DNA of 64,000 bases from Eledone cirrhosa (Eukaryota). The notes below the pieces were generated by a model, which ran no database searches, was not told the DNA's origin, and saw nothing but the letters and a program-made list of their open reading frames with translations. Positions 24,559 to 36,475 of this stretch are shown one piece after another (position 1 is the stretch's first letter; each line of letters opens with the position of its first letter). The stretch covers positions 21,142,001-21,206,000 of the forward strand of contig OZ024763.1 of the NCBI GenBank assembly GCA_964016885.1. Direction: 5' to 3'. Position numbers and translations under genes: made by a program.

Positions 24559-24892
24559 TTTTCATTCATTTTACATCCGCTTTTTCCCTGCTTACAAGGG
24601 TGGGATGGGAACTGATTCTGGCTTGATTTCTACAGTTGGATGCCCTTCCTAACACCAACCTCATTTACAGTGAGTGCTGGGTGCTTTTTTGCCGTGGCAC
24701 CTCCACGACCACTTTGCAGTGGAATGATAGGGACCCCAGTCCCTATCATCTCATTTCTACAGCTTAGTAAACTGGAACGAAGTGAAATAAAGTGTCTTGC
24801 TCAAGGAAACAACACATCACCCGGTCTGAGAATTGAACTCATAACCTTTCGATTGCAAGGCCAATGCTCTAACCACTAAGCCATGTGCCTCC
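24559..24892 (-). mobile_element. SINE family A, full length
   Basis: Minus strand starts ggaggcacatggcttagtggttagagcattgg...gagttcaattctc (A and B boxes) and ends in the RTE-type tail. Confidence 0.9.
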
Positions 24893-24940
24893 ATAATAAT
24901 ACAAGGATGATTTGTTAAGCCTTCATTATGTTTATTGATT

Positions 24941-25024
24941 GGTGATGCACGTTTCACTATTGATCAGCTCAAAGTTCGATCTGTATTGATCTGGTCCAAC
25001 TCTGGAATCAAAAGCTGTCGGACC
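24941..25024 (-). ncRNA. Decayed hammerhead-like motif with long helix II
   Basis: GGT-CCGACA-GCTTTTGAT...ATCAATAGT-GAAAC-GTGC-ATC-ACC; homologue at 31765-31849. Confidence 0.5.
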
Positions 25025-25402
25025 TCTGTTGTTGTAATGACAGAATGAACATATAAAGCATAGAAATATCTGTAACGTTTCGTGTACACTCTGTTTAGCT
25101 CTACACCTCACTACAGATGTGAATCTAAACATTGAGTACTCACCTGGGTGAACCTACAGTAACTTCACGTTACACTCCACTTAAGGGTGAAAGCAGTGAT
25201 TCGTTGCTTAAACTTTAATCTGTTATTTTAATAAATATTTCCTCTAGGGTTCTTATATATTTGATATATATTTATCGTTATCGAGCCCTCTTTGGATTTT
25301 AGAATTCACATTTATTATTATTACTATATATATAAATATATAAGGAAAAAATATGAAATCGAAAATGCAACTGGAGTCTTTTTAACAATATTTATTTGGT
25401 TC

Positions 25403-25438
25403 CTTTACCGGTTTCGCAGTTCTTATGCTTTTCAAAAG
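25403..25438 (-). ncRNA. Minimal hammerhead variant (UUGAAAA core), left arm
   Basis: CTT-TTGAAAA-GCA(taagaac)TGC-GAAA-CCGG-TA-AAG, followed by AATAAA. Confidence 0.6.
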
Positions 25439-25485
25439 TAGAATTGAGATGGAGGGTTTGTGGTTTTTCCTCCATCTCAATTCTA

Positions 25486-25521
25486 CCTTTGAAAAGCATA
25501 AGAACTGCGAAACCGGTAAAG
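25486..25521 (+). ncRNA. Minimal hammerhead variant (UUGAAAA core), right arm
   Basis: Same motif with one helix I mismatch (CCT/AAG). Confidence 0.55.
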
Positions 25522-25638
25522 GAACCAAATAAATATTCTTAAAAAGACTCCAGTTCCATTTTCGATTTCATCTTTTTTCCTTATACTTTCACTCATGTAG
25601 GACATCTTGTTTCTTTTTCATTTTGGAAAAAAAACCTC

Positions 25639-25688
<50 letters not shown>

Positions 25689-25758
25689 ATATATATATTA
25701 TATATATATATATATTATATATATATTATATATATATTATATATATATATATATTATA

Positions 25759-25815
<57 letters not shown>

Positions 25816-26169
25816 TTAGATACATAAGCCGAAACTGCTTGGCACTGCACTCAGGATTTTACATCTCTCTCTCTCTATATATATATATACTAATTTAAGG
25901 TATCACAAAGTATATAATATATATGAAGTATATAATATATATGTTTCTCAGTAGAAAAGCTCAATGGACATTAGCCCAGAGTATCATTAATTCAAATTAA
26001 AAGATGTATGTAACACCTTTCATTATCAATGTCTAGAAAAGTATATTGCTTAGAATTTATACCAGTAATACATTAATGTCATGTCATTCAACTGCGTACT
26101 ACCTTTCGTTGTGAATTTATGAGGCGTCACAGATGATTGACTATTAATTCGACAATGGGTTTTGTACAA

Positions 26170-26500
26170 CTGCTTCAGTGACTGGAGAAATATACGAACG
26201 GCAAAGCATAAACGAACTAAGGAAAAAATTAGAAATAAGAGGGATCAGATGTTGTTTACTCGAGAGAAGGCTACGTTGGTATGGTCACGTGATGCGCATG
26301 AAAGACGACAGCTGTATAGCAAAGTGCAGGGCAATAAAGATAGATGGTAGCCACGGAGTAGGCAGACCCATAAAAACCTGGGACGAGCTGATAAATTCCG
26401 ACCTCACACACTTACACCACTCCAAGACAATGTCACTGGACCGAGAGCTTTGGCGGCACTCAGTAATAGAGAAGACCCGCGTTACCTAAATACAAAGTAA
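26170..26500 (+). mobile_element. RTE-clade LINE 3' ORF fragment
   Basis: ORF 26178-26489: ELRKKLEIRGI...RRLRWYGHVMRM...GRPIKTWDELI..D...DRELWR. Confidence 0.9.
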
Positions 26501-26589
26501 AACCTACTACAGCCAGTAGGCATCTCTAACAAAATACACCCCCGTCCCACCACCCCCACCCCATCCACACCACCCCTTTCAATGTAAAG

Positions 26590-26998
26590 TTATGTTGGTG
26601 CCACAAAATCCAGGCCGAAACAAATGAGATTGTGTAGGTGTCACGACAAAAAAAAAAACACACAGTCCATGCTGTAATGTGACCGTGTAGGCAACACGGT
26701 AAAAACCTCCCAGTCCCACACTGTAAATGTGGTTGGTGTTAGGAAGGGCATCCAGCTGTAGAAAACCTGCCAGACAGTCCACGCTGTAATGTGGCCGTGT
26801 AGGCAACACGGTAAAAACCTCCCAGTCCCACACTGTAAATGTGGTTGGTGTTAGGAAGGGCATCCAGCCGTAGAAAACCCGCCAGACAGTCCTATGCGAG
26901 CAAGACGACCACTCTTGCCTCAAGTGGGAAAACTCACGTCCAAACCCATGCAAGCATGGAACACGGACGTTAAACGATGATGATGATGATGATGATGA
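26590..26998 (+). mobile_element. RTE-tailed SINE (older relative of family A) with internal duplication
   Basis: cacactgtaaatgtggttggtgttaggaagggcatccagc occurs twice; tail ccatgcaagcatggaacacggacgttaaac(gat)n. Confidence 0.8.
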
Positions 26999-27054
26999 TC
27001 TAGGTTTGGTGAGCCACTTATATTCTAGCCATTAGAAAAAGCAACATAAATGAT

Positions 27055-27365
27055 TCATCATCATCTTCGTTTAACGTCCATCTTCCATGCTAGCATGGGT
27101 TAGACGGGGGTTGTCCCACTTGAGGCAAGGTTGGTCAGGTGACTGTGCCTCACTCATATAAAACTATCTGGCAGATTTTCTACAGCTGGATGCCCTTCCT
27201 AACACCAACCACATTTACAGTGTGGAACTGGGAACTTTTTACCATGTTACCTACATGGCCACATTACAGCGTGGACTGTGTTTTTTCTTTGTTGTGACAC
27301 CTACACGATCTCGATCTCGACCTCATTATCTTATTTATTTGGACTGGATGTTGTGGTACCAACTT
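27055..27365 (-). mobile_element. Inverted copy of the same RTE-tailed SINE
   Basis: Reverse-complement similarity to 26590-26998. Confidence 0.8.
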
Positions 27366-27424
27366 TACAGAGAGAGGGTGGTGTTTTACCTTCAAAAGAT
27401 GGATGACTCACGAAGAAGAAAAGT

Positions 27425-28180
27425 ATACTGTTTAGAATAAATACCTGTTATACACTGGTGACATGTTATTTATTTATGTGCTAATGCTTGAACAAAAAAA
27501 AAGGTTAATCATTATAGATTTTATGTATATTGTTTATATAGTATGTTGCCATTCAACTATGTACTACCTTCTCTACACAAAAACAATGTATTATACTTAC
27601 ACAAGAAGGAAATCAATATTGAGTTTGTGTATATTGTTTAGAATAAATACCTGTAATACGCTGGATCATGTCATTCAACTATGTACTACCTTCTCTACAC
27701 AAAAACAATGTATTATACTTACACAAAAAGGAAATCAATATTGAGTTTGTGTATATTGTTTAGAATAAATACCTGTAATATGCTGGTGTCATGTCATTCA
27801 ACTATGTACTACCTTCTCAACACAAAAACAACGCATTATACTTGAACAAAAAGGAAATCAATATCGAGTGTGTGTGTATATTATTTACAATTAATACCAG
27901 TTATACACTGGTGTCATGTCATTCAACTATGTACTACCTTTCTTTACACAAAAACAACGTATTATACTTACACAAAAAAAAAAATGTATTATACTTGAAC
28001 AAAAAAGCGGAATTGGTATTGAGTTTGTGTATATTGTTTAGAATAAATACCAGTAATATACTGGTGTCATGTCATTCAACTATACACTACCTTTCTTTAC
28101 AAAAACAACGTATTATACTTGAAAAGAACCCCCCCCCCCCCCAAAAAAAAAAAGCCCATGGAAATCAATATTGAGTTTGT
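27425..28180. repeat. About 120-bp tandem repeat, ~6 copies
   Basis: tgtttagaataaatacctgtaata...tgtcattcaactatgtactaccttctctacacaaaaacaa repeated. Confidence 0.9.
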
Positions 28181-28379
28181 TTCATTTGTAAAGTAACAAT
28201 ATTAAGCATCTAGGAAAGTATTATTTTGTATAATTGATTCTATTCTATGATTGAATCAAAGCAAAGGAAGATATTTATATAGAATGCTACCAAGATGAAA
28301 GCAAAGCTAACTTATTCATTAAAGGTTCTTGATTGCCAAATTATTCATGAAGATGTAAAAATCCCTCTGCAGATTGATG

Positions 28380-28580
28380 ACAGAAAGTATTGGCTGGAGA
28401 TTTCAATGCTTACATTAGTATATACTTTCAGATGAATGTATATATTAATTTATATACACCAGTATCTGTTACAATGGTCTGGTATCAGAGATAGAGAACC
28501 AAAAGAAAGAAAAAAAAAATGCTGAATTGAGTTTTCTTAAAATTAATGATGCAAAAGATACTATTATTTGTGACACTAAG
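28380..28580 (+). mobile_element. Highly decayed LINE APE-endonuclease remnant
   Basis: 28387-28416 reads VLAGDFNAYI (GDFNA motif); an ICDT-like motif lies downstream. Confidence 0.35.
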
Positions 28581-28767
28581 AGGCTTAATTGGTCACCTCT
28601 GTGAATTAAAAACAGAGAATTATTTTAGATATTGTTATATTTGGGGAGGGTCATGTTGTCCTAATAGTGATAAGCTGGTCTACTAGTGATAAATATCATA
28701 ACTCTAAAATAATTTGATTAGTTTTGATATGAAATTGTTATATTTGGGGAGGGTCATGTTGTCCTGT

Positions 28768-29005
28768 GAAGGCACGTGGCCTACTGGTAAGGGTTTGGGA
28801 CTTACGATCGTAATTTCATGGGTTTGATTCCTGGGCTGGGATGTGTGTGGTGTTCTTGAGCAAAAACACTTCATTTCATGTTGCTCCAGTATACTCATCT
28901 GAAAATGAGTACCAGCATTAGCTGGGAGTTTAACCCTGTGATGAACTGGCATCCTATCCAGGAGGGAGTGTTGTACTCTCAGTTGCTTCACACCATGAAA
29001 CTGAG
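28768..29005 (+). mobile_element. SINE family C (tRNA head, CORE-like and Meta-like domains)
   Basis: gaaggcacgtggcctactggtaaggg...ggtttgattcct...ttcttgagcaaaaacactt...aaccctgtgatgaactggcatcctatccagg. Confidence 0.65.
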
Positions 29006-29225
29006 AGCATGCATGCATGTTGTCCAAATAGTGATAAACTGGTCTACTAGTGATAACATAACTCTAAAATAATTGTATTTGTTTTACAAGGTTTTTGATA
29101 TAAAATTGTGTATTGAAACATATATTGTTATATTTAGGGAGGGTCATGTTGTTCGAATATTGCCAAAACTAGTAAAACACATTCACTATTAGATTTGGTT
29201 TTTGCTTCAGTATATTTGAATGTAA

Positions 29226-29535
29226 TCATCATCATCATCATTTTACGTCCGCTTTTCCATGCTTGCAAGGGTGAGATGGGTCCTACTCAGCACAGCATCT
29301 CTCCACTTGTCACGGTCCTTCCATCTCCACCATGAGCTTCAGTGAAATGAGGTCTGCTCTCACCACCTCCGCCCATGTTTTTCGTGGTCTTCTTCTACTA
29401 CGTCTTCCTTCAACTGGCATTTCATGGCACTTCTTTACCCAACGGTCATCCTCCATGCGCATCACATGTCCATACCATCGCAATCTTCACTACAACTTAT
29501 TCCTCTTATACCCAGTTTCTCTCTCAACACATCCG
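29226..29535 (-). mobile_element. RTE LINE 3' fragment including 3' UTR and TGA tail
   Basis: Same family as 31885-32225 (RWYGHVMRMEDD...GRPRKTWAEVVRADL). Confidence 0.85.
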
Positions 29536-29954
29536 AGACACAAATTTAAATTTTGAAGACCAAAACAATGCATTATGAAGATTGTTAAATTGCCAAGATA
29601 AAAGAATCTTACCTTAGAAAATTTAATGATCCCAAATATTTTCGGGTTTAATGATGCATGAGATACTATTATTTGGTCTTCAAAATTTAAATTTGTGTCG
29701 CCTATTAAACAATGCTTCAAACAAGCAACAAAACTCTAATATATATATATATATATAAACAATGAGTTATATAGTTTGTTGATTATCATTCAACAAAGTT
29801 ATTTTTATAACAGATTTGAAACACTCTACAGATTTTATCTGGAGTATTATTAACAATATTAGTATACATATATATATATATATTTGTTTTGCAAGGTTTT
29901 TGATATGAATAAAAATGGCGTAGACATACAATACAACAGGAGGAAACATAACAA

Positions 29955-29998
29955 TACCACTGATGATGTTGCAGATGTGCAACGAAAGAACTCTGATA
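29955..29998 (+). ncRNA. Hammerhead ribozyme, type I, extra nucleotide after the core
   Basis: TACCA-CTGATGA-T-GTTGCA(gatg)TGCAAC-GAAA-GAAC-TC-TGATA; predicted cleavage after C29993. Confidence 0.75.
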
Positions 29999-30794
29999 GA
30001 CTATATATATATATTTATATCTGTATTTTTAACTGTTGGTCAATCAATGATGAACGTTGATTGTCAAATAAATTATCTATGGTGATATAAAAGATACAGA
30101 AGCGAAAACCAACCAAACAGTGAGTGTGTTCTGTTATTATTTCTGGCAATATTATTACAATATGACCCTCCCAAGTATAACAATATATATATATATATAT
30201 ATTGAATCAAAAACCGAACTAAACAGTGAGTGTGTTTTACTACTTTTGGCAATATTAGGACTCAGAACTTAAAAAGAGACATGAGAAAATAAATATCACA
30301 CATGTATTTCATTTGGTGCTCTAACGATTCTACAAAAATAACTTCAATGAGATTTAAACTCAGAACTTAAAAACACACATGAGTTATGAGAAAATAAATA
30401 TCACACATGCATTTTGTTTGGTGCTCTAACGATTCTGCCAAAAGAATAGAAAAATCATTAATTTCACTTCCAAAATATATTTGAAGGTGATGAAATTGGC
30501 AGATATGTTAGAACTGGTCTAGATAATTTGTACTGTTCATTGGCTACTTGTTCAGGACAGGAATACTTTTAGTTTTAATAATATAGGATTGAAATCTCTC
30601 TAGATTTTGTAGAATATAATATGCGTCCCAAAATAATGTATACACACTTCAAAAACATTCTAGTAAATGTGTGCATACATTTTTTGGGACACCCTGTTTA
30701 TCGTTTAGATTCTAGTATTTAGAATATATCGACTATTCTCTCTGTTCTCTCTTTGTAAAAGGGGATATAAATTTATTAGTAACGTTTCAGGAAA

Positions 30795-31010
30795 ACATGC
30801 AAATACTGGGGCTTGTCCAGCTGCTTCCTCTTTACACTAGTCGCCGTTGAGACCTCAGGCATAGCATCCTTGGAATCCATACTGCTGAGCTCCTCCATAA
30901 AATCGGAACATCAGCAGCCTGTCTGAGGAAAGAGCCCCACGAGGTGGGGTGGCTGTTACTGTGCATGTCACTGGCCATTGTCCACAGAAATGCCTTTGAG
31001 GTTTTTTGTC
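30795..31010 (+). mobile_element. Second CRE-like retrotransposon endonuclease fragment
   Basis: KYWGLSSCFLFTLVAVETSG...ELLHKIG...EPHEVGWLLLCMSLAIVHRNA with a frameshift. Confidence 0.65.
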
Positions 31011-31445
31011 CGTGGGGCCTAGCCGAAACACCACCCCAACCTTGGCATAGAGTCAGTCACCCGCTCTTTCTTTTGTTGCCTATTAGTCCTTGTTCTTTTT
31101 CTCCCTTTCTTCTCATTTTTGGCATTTATAGTCATTTCCTTTACTTTGCTATACAGCCAGACCTTCCCTTCTTTACCTCTTCCCCTTTTTTCATTACTTA
31201 ATTTTGGTTTTTATCTATTTTTTAAATATTTCTATCATTGTATAATTTCTTTCCATAAAATATCATCATCATCGTTTAATGTCTATTTTCCACGCTAGCA
31301 TGGGTTAGATGGGGTGTCTCATTTGAGGCAAGTTGGGTCAGGTGACCGTATCTTACTCATATAGGATTGATTCTGGCTAAGTTTCTATGGCTGGATGCAC
31401 TTTCTAATGCAAAATATAGTTGACATAATATATTTTGAATATATC

Positions 31446-31494
<49 letters not shown>

Positions 31495-31592
31495 AATGAA
31501 GTAATTCCGTCGGAAAAGTCCAGGAAAAAAGAGTGCTCTATGTAAGCAACAGAGCTTAATTATTATTATGTAGATAAACAAACCAGGATTTT

Positions 31593-31650
31593 TTCATTCT
31601 GAGGATTGAAAGCAAAACCTTCTGCTTTTAAGAAACCACTGGTAAATGGA
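31593..31650 (+). ncRNA. Hammerhead ribozyme, type I, canonical core
   Basis: TTCATT-CTGAGGA-TTGAAAGCA(aaaccttc)TGCTTTTAA-GAAA-CC(act)GG-TA-AATGGA; helix I 6 bp, helix II 9 bp; predicted cleavage after A31644. Confidence 0.85.
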
Positions 31651-31682
31651 ATAATTGCCTTATGTTGTTTATTACATAATAA

Positions 31683-31714
<32 letters not shown>

Positions 31715-31764
31715 CATATATAATACAAGGATGAATGGTTACTCCTTCGTTACGTTTATTGGTT

Positions 31765-31849
31765 GGTGATGCATGTTTCGCTATTGATCAGCTCATGGTT
31801 CAATCTGTATCGATCTAGCTCGACCCTGGAATCAAAAGCTCGTTGGACC
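31765..31849 (-). ncRNA. Decayed hammerhead-like motif with long helix II
   Basis: GGT-CCAACGA-GCTTTTGAT...ATCAATAGC-GAAAC-ATGC-ATC-ACC, followed by AATAAA. Confidence 0.5.
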
Positions 31850-31884
31850 GTTGAGGTAGTCTATCTATCTATATATATATATAT

Positions 31885-32225
31885 CTCATCATCATTTTAT
31901 GTCCACTTTTCCCTGCTTGCAAGGGTGGGACGGGTCCTATTCAGCACAGCATCTCTCCACCTGTCACGGTCCTTTATCATCTCCTCCGTGAGCTTCAGCG
32001 ATCTGAGGTCTGCTCTCACCACCTCTGCTCATGTTTTTCGTGGTCTTCCTCTACTGTGTCTACCTTCTACTGGGATTTCTTGGCTCTTCTTTACCCAGCA
32101 GTCATCCTCCATGTGCATCACATGTCCATACCATCTAAGTCTTCTCTCCTGCACACCACAACTTATCCCTCTTATACCAAGTTTCTCTCTCAACACATCT
32201 ATGCTTGGTCTTTCACGCACATTGA
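31885..32225 (-). mobile_element. RTE-clade LINE 3' fragment with 3' UTR
   Basis: ORF 32029-32274: LREKLGIRGISCGVQERRLRWYGHVMHMEDDCWVKK...GRPRKT; tail acccttgcaagcagggaaaagtggacataaaatgatga. Confidence 0.9.
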
Positions 32226-32264
32226 CACACACACACACACACATATATATATAAGTAACATATC

Positions 32265-34566
32265 TGATATACAATGATTACTTAACAAGCTACTCCACCT
32301 CCAGCTATTGTATTTCAGTAAAATTGGGGAAATATATTTATTAGTGATATTTCAGTAAAAAAGGGGGGAAATATATTTATTAGTAATATATTTGAGATAT
32401 ACAATGATTACTTAACAAGCTACACCACCTCCAACTATTGTATTTCAGTAAAATTGGGGGGGGGGGGATATATTTATTAGTTATATTTGAGATATAGAGT
32501 GATTACATGAAACAAGGTAGTCTAACTCCAACTATTGTATTTCAGTAAAAAGGGGGGGGAATATATTAGTGATATATTTGAGATATAGAGTGATTACATG
32601 AAACAAGGTAGTCTAACTCCAACTATTGTATTTCAGTAAAAAGGGGGGAATATATTAGTGATATATCTGAGATATAGAGTGATTACATGAAACAAGGCAG
32701 TCTAACTCCAACTATTGTATTTCAGTAAAAAGGGGGGAATATATTAGTGATATATCTGAGATATAGAGTGATTACATGAAACAAGGTAGTCTAACTCCAA
32801 CTATTGTATTTCAGTAAAAAGGGGGGAATATATTAGTGATATATCTGAGATATAGAGTGATTACATGAAACAAGGCAGTCTAACTCCAACTATTGTATTT
32901 CAGTAAAAAGGGGGGAATATATTAGTGATATATCTGAGATATAGAGTGATTACATGAAACAAGGTAGTCTAACTCCAACTATTGTATTTCAGTAAAAAGG
33001 GGGGAATATATTAGTGATATATCTGAGATATAGAGTGATTACATGAAACAAGGCAGTCTAACTCCAACTATTGTATTTCAGTAAAAAGGGGGGAATATAT
33101 TAGTGATATATCTGAGATATAGAGTGATTACATGAAACAAGGTAGTCTAACTCCAACTATTGTATTTCAGTAAAAAGGGGGGAATATATTAGTGATATAT
33201 CTGAGATATAGAGTGATTACATGAAACAAGGTAGTCTAACTCCAACTATTGTATTTCAGTAAAAAGGGGGGAATATATTAGTGATATATCTGAGATATAG
33301 AGTGATTACATGAAACAAGGCAGTCTAACTCCAACTATTGTATTTCAGTAAAAAGGGGGGAATATATTAGTGATATATCTGAGATATAGAGTGATTACAT
33401 GAAACAAGGTAGTCTAACTCCAACTATTGTATTTCAGTAAAAAGGGGGGAATATATTAGTGATATATCTGAGATATAGAGTGATTACATGAAACAAGGCA
33501 GTCTAACTCCAACTATTGTATTTCAGTAAAAAGGGGGGAATATATTAGTGATATATCTGAGATATAGAGTGATTACATGAAACAAGGTAGTCTAACTCCA
33601 ACTATTGTATTTCAGTAAAAAGGGGGGAATATATTAGTGATATATCTGAGATATAGAGTGATTACATGAAACAAGGCAGTCTAACTCCAACTATTGTATT
33701 TCAGTAAAAAGGGGGGAATATATTAGTGATATATCTGAGATATAGAGTGATTACATGAAACAAGGTAGTCTAACTCCAACTATTGTATTTCAGTAAAAAG
33801 GGGGGAATATATTAGTGATATATCTGAGATATAGAGTGATTACATGAAACAAGGCAGTCTAACTCCAACTATTGTATTTCAGTAAAAAGGGGGGAATATA
33901 TTAGTGATATATCTGAGATATAGAGTGATTACATGAAACAAGGTAGTCTAACTCCAACTATTGTATTTCAGTAAAAAGGGGGGAATATATTAGTGATATA
34001 TCTGAGATATAGAGTGATTACATGAAACAAGGCAGTCTAACTCCAACTATTGTATTTCAGTAAAAAGGGGGGAATATATTAGTGATATATCTGAGATATA
34101 GAGTGATTACATGAAACAAGGCAGTCTAACTCCAACTATTGTATTTCAGTAAAAAGGGGGGAATATATTAGTGATATATCTGAGATATAGAGTGATTACA
34201 TGAAACAAGGTAGTCTAACTCCAACTATTGTATTTCAGTAAAAAGGGGGGAATATATTAGTGATATATCTGAGATATAGAGTGATTACATGAAACAAGGT
34301 AGTCTAACTCCAACTATTGTATTTCAGTAAAAAGGGGGGAATATATTAGTGATATATCTGAGATATAGAGTGATTACATGAAACAAGGTAGTCTAACTCC
34401 AACTATTGTATTTCAGTAAAAAGGGGGGAATATATTAGTGATATATCTGAGATATAGAGTGATTACATGAAACAAGGTAGTCTAACTCCAACTATTGTAT
34501 TTCAGTAAAAAGGGGGGAATATATTAGTGATATATCTGAGATATAGAGTGATTACATGAAACAAGG
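32265..34566. repeat. 89-bp satellite, ~23 near-identical copies preceded by degenerate units
   Basis: Unit gatatagagtgattacatgaaacaagg(t/c)agtctaactccaactattgtatttcagtaaaaaggggggaatatattagtgatatatctga at 32671, 32760, etc. Confidence 0.98.
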
Positions 34567-34669
34567 CACTACTCTGGCGTCATGCTTTGTAATTCCATAT
34601 CTTTACGACAATCATCCCATTATCTCATGCAACACATTTCAGTCTTAGGGCTTTTACATTTGCTTCAAC

Positions 34670-35312
34670 AAATAATTACAATAATCACCACTATCACCAA
34701 CATCACCACCTCCACGTCCACCACCACCACCACCACCACCATCATCACCACTATCATCATCATCATCACCACCATCACCACCACCATCATCCTCATTACT
34801 ATCACCATCACCACCACCACCTCCTCCACCACCACTGCCACTACCACCACCACTGCCACCACCACTATCATCACCATCATCATCACCATTATCATCACCA
34901 CCACCATCATCATCATGACCACCACCATCATCATCATGACCACCATCATCATCATCATTATCACCATCATCACCACCACCACCACCCTCACCACCACCAC
35001 CACCACCACCACCATCATCACCACCACTATCATCATCATCATCACCACTATCATCATCATCGTCATCATTATCACCACCACCACCACCACCACCATCATC
35101 CTCATTACTATCACCATCACCACCACCACCACTGCCACTACCACCACCACCACCACCATCACCACCACCACTGCCACCACCACCACCACCACTGCCACCA
35201 CCATCATCACCACTATCATCACCATCATCATCACCATCACCACCATCATCACCACCGTCACCATCATCACCACCACCATCATCATCATCATCACTACCAT
35301 CACCACCATCAT
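34670..35312. repeat. (CAC)/(CAT) trinucleotide low-complexity tract
   Basis: Direct inspection; source of the poly-T/I and poly-M/V ORFs. Confidence 0.95.
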
Positions 35313-35417
35313 CCTTATGGGGTCAATAAAATAAAGTACCAGTAACGTACTGGAGTCAATTTAATCGATTTCCCCCACCCCCAAAATTGCTGGCCTTGTG
35401 CCTATATAAGAAACCAT

Positions 35418-35544
35418 TCAGCCCTTGTGGCCAATAAAGAAATCATTATTATTATTATTAGTATAGTAGAAATCATTATTATTATTATTATCATCATCAT
35501 TAGTCCCCTATATGTCGGCCCTTGTGGCCAATAAAGAAATAATA

Positions 35545-35586
<42 letters not shown>

Positions 35587-35679
35587 TGTGTTTTTCCTCT
35601 TCCTTCAGCTTTGTTTCCATTTTTTCCCCGAGTGTCTTCCCGACACCTATTTATTATTATCATTATCTTTATTATTATC

Positions 35680-35747
<68 letters not shown>

Positions 35748-36169
35748 GTCGGCCCTTGTGGCTAATAAATGAAATCATTATTTTGTTGAAAGATGGGTGA
35801 GAGAAGCAAGTATGGCCCGAATGAATGGGCCTTCTCTGAGTATGTGTCTGTAAATTAAAGGTGGAAAACTGGGAGAGGGCACTTGCCCTGGTGGTCAGGG
35901 CCACTGTGGTCTTTTAATGGGCTTTCTCCACAAATGTCCCTCGGAAGTCTCCCCCCTATTGGGGAATTTTTCTTTGTTATTTTATTTCATCCGCTGTTTT
36001 TTTTTTACACGCAGAAATGCCCATTTGTACCGTCCTGTATTGTCCTGTACTGTCCTTAATGTCTACTTTATGTAAACCCTTGTGGTTAATAAAGAAAATA
36101 TTATTATTATCATCATCATTAGTCCCCTATATGTCGGCCCTTGTGGCCAATAAAGAAATAATAATAATA

Positions 36170-36211
<42 letters not shown>

Positions 36212-36383
36212 TGTGTTTTTCCTCTTCCTTCAGCTTTGTTTCCATTTTTTCCCCCGAGTGTCTTCCCGACACCTATTTATTATTATCATTATCGACACCT
36301 ATTTATTATTATCATTATCGACACCTATTTATTATTATCATTATCGACACCTATTTATTATCATCATTATCTTTATTATTATC

Positions 36384-36436
<53 letters not shown>

Positions 36437-36475
36437 GTCGGCCCTTGTGGCTAATAAATGAAATCATTATTTTTA
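35418..36475. repeat. Duplicated (ATT)n-rich block with repeated SINE-tail motif cccttgtggccaataaagaaat
   Basis: 35490-35780 is repeated at 36105-36470. Confidence 0.85.

Larger units (their letters stand above)
25339..25585. repeat. Inverted repeat with 117-bp arms and 13-nt spacer
   Basis: 25339-25455 pairs with 25469-25585 with few mismatches. Confidence 0.95.

Noticed and set aside
24640-24879. Recurrent MPFLTPTSFTVSAG... ORF (also 6929, 40978, 43722, 62219) as a multicopy gene
   Set aside because: It is the antisense reading of SINE family A.
32491-34566. Regular arrays as CRISPR loci (also 36885-37860, 47040-47650)
   Set aside because: No unique spacers, no cas genes, eukaryotic context.
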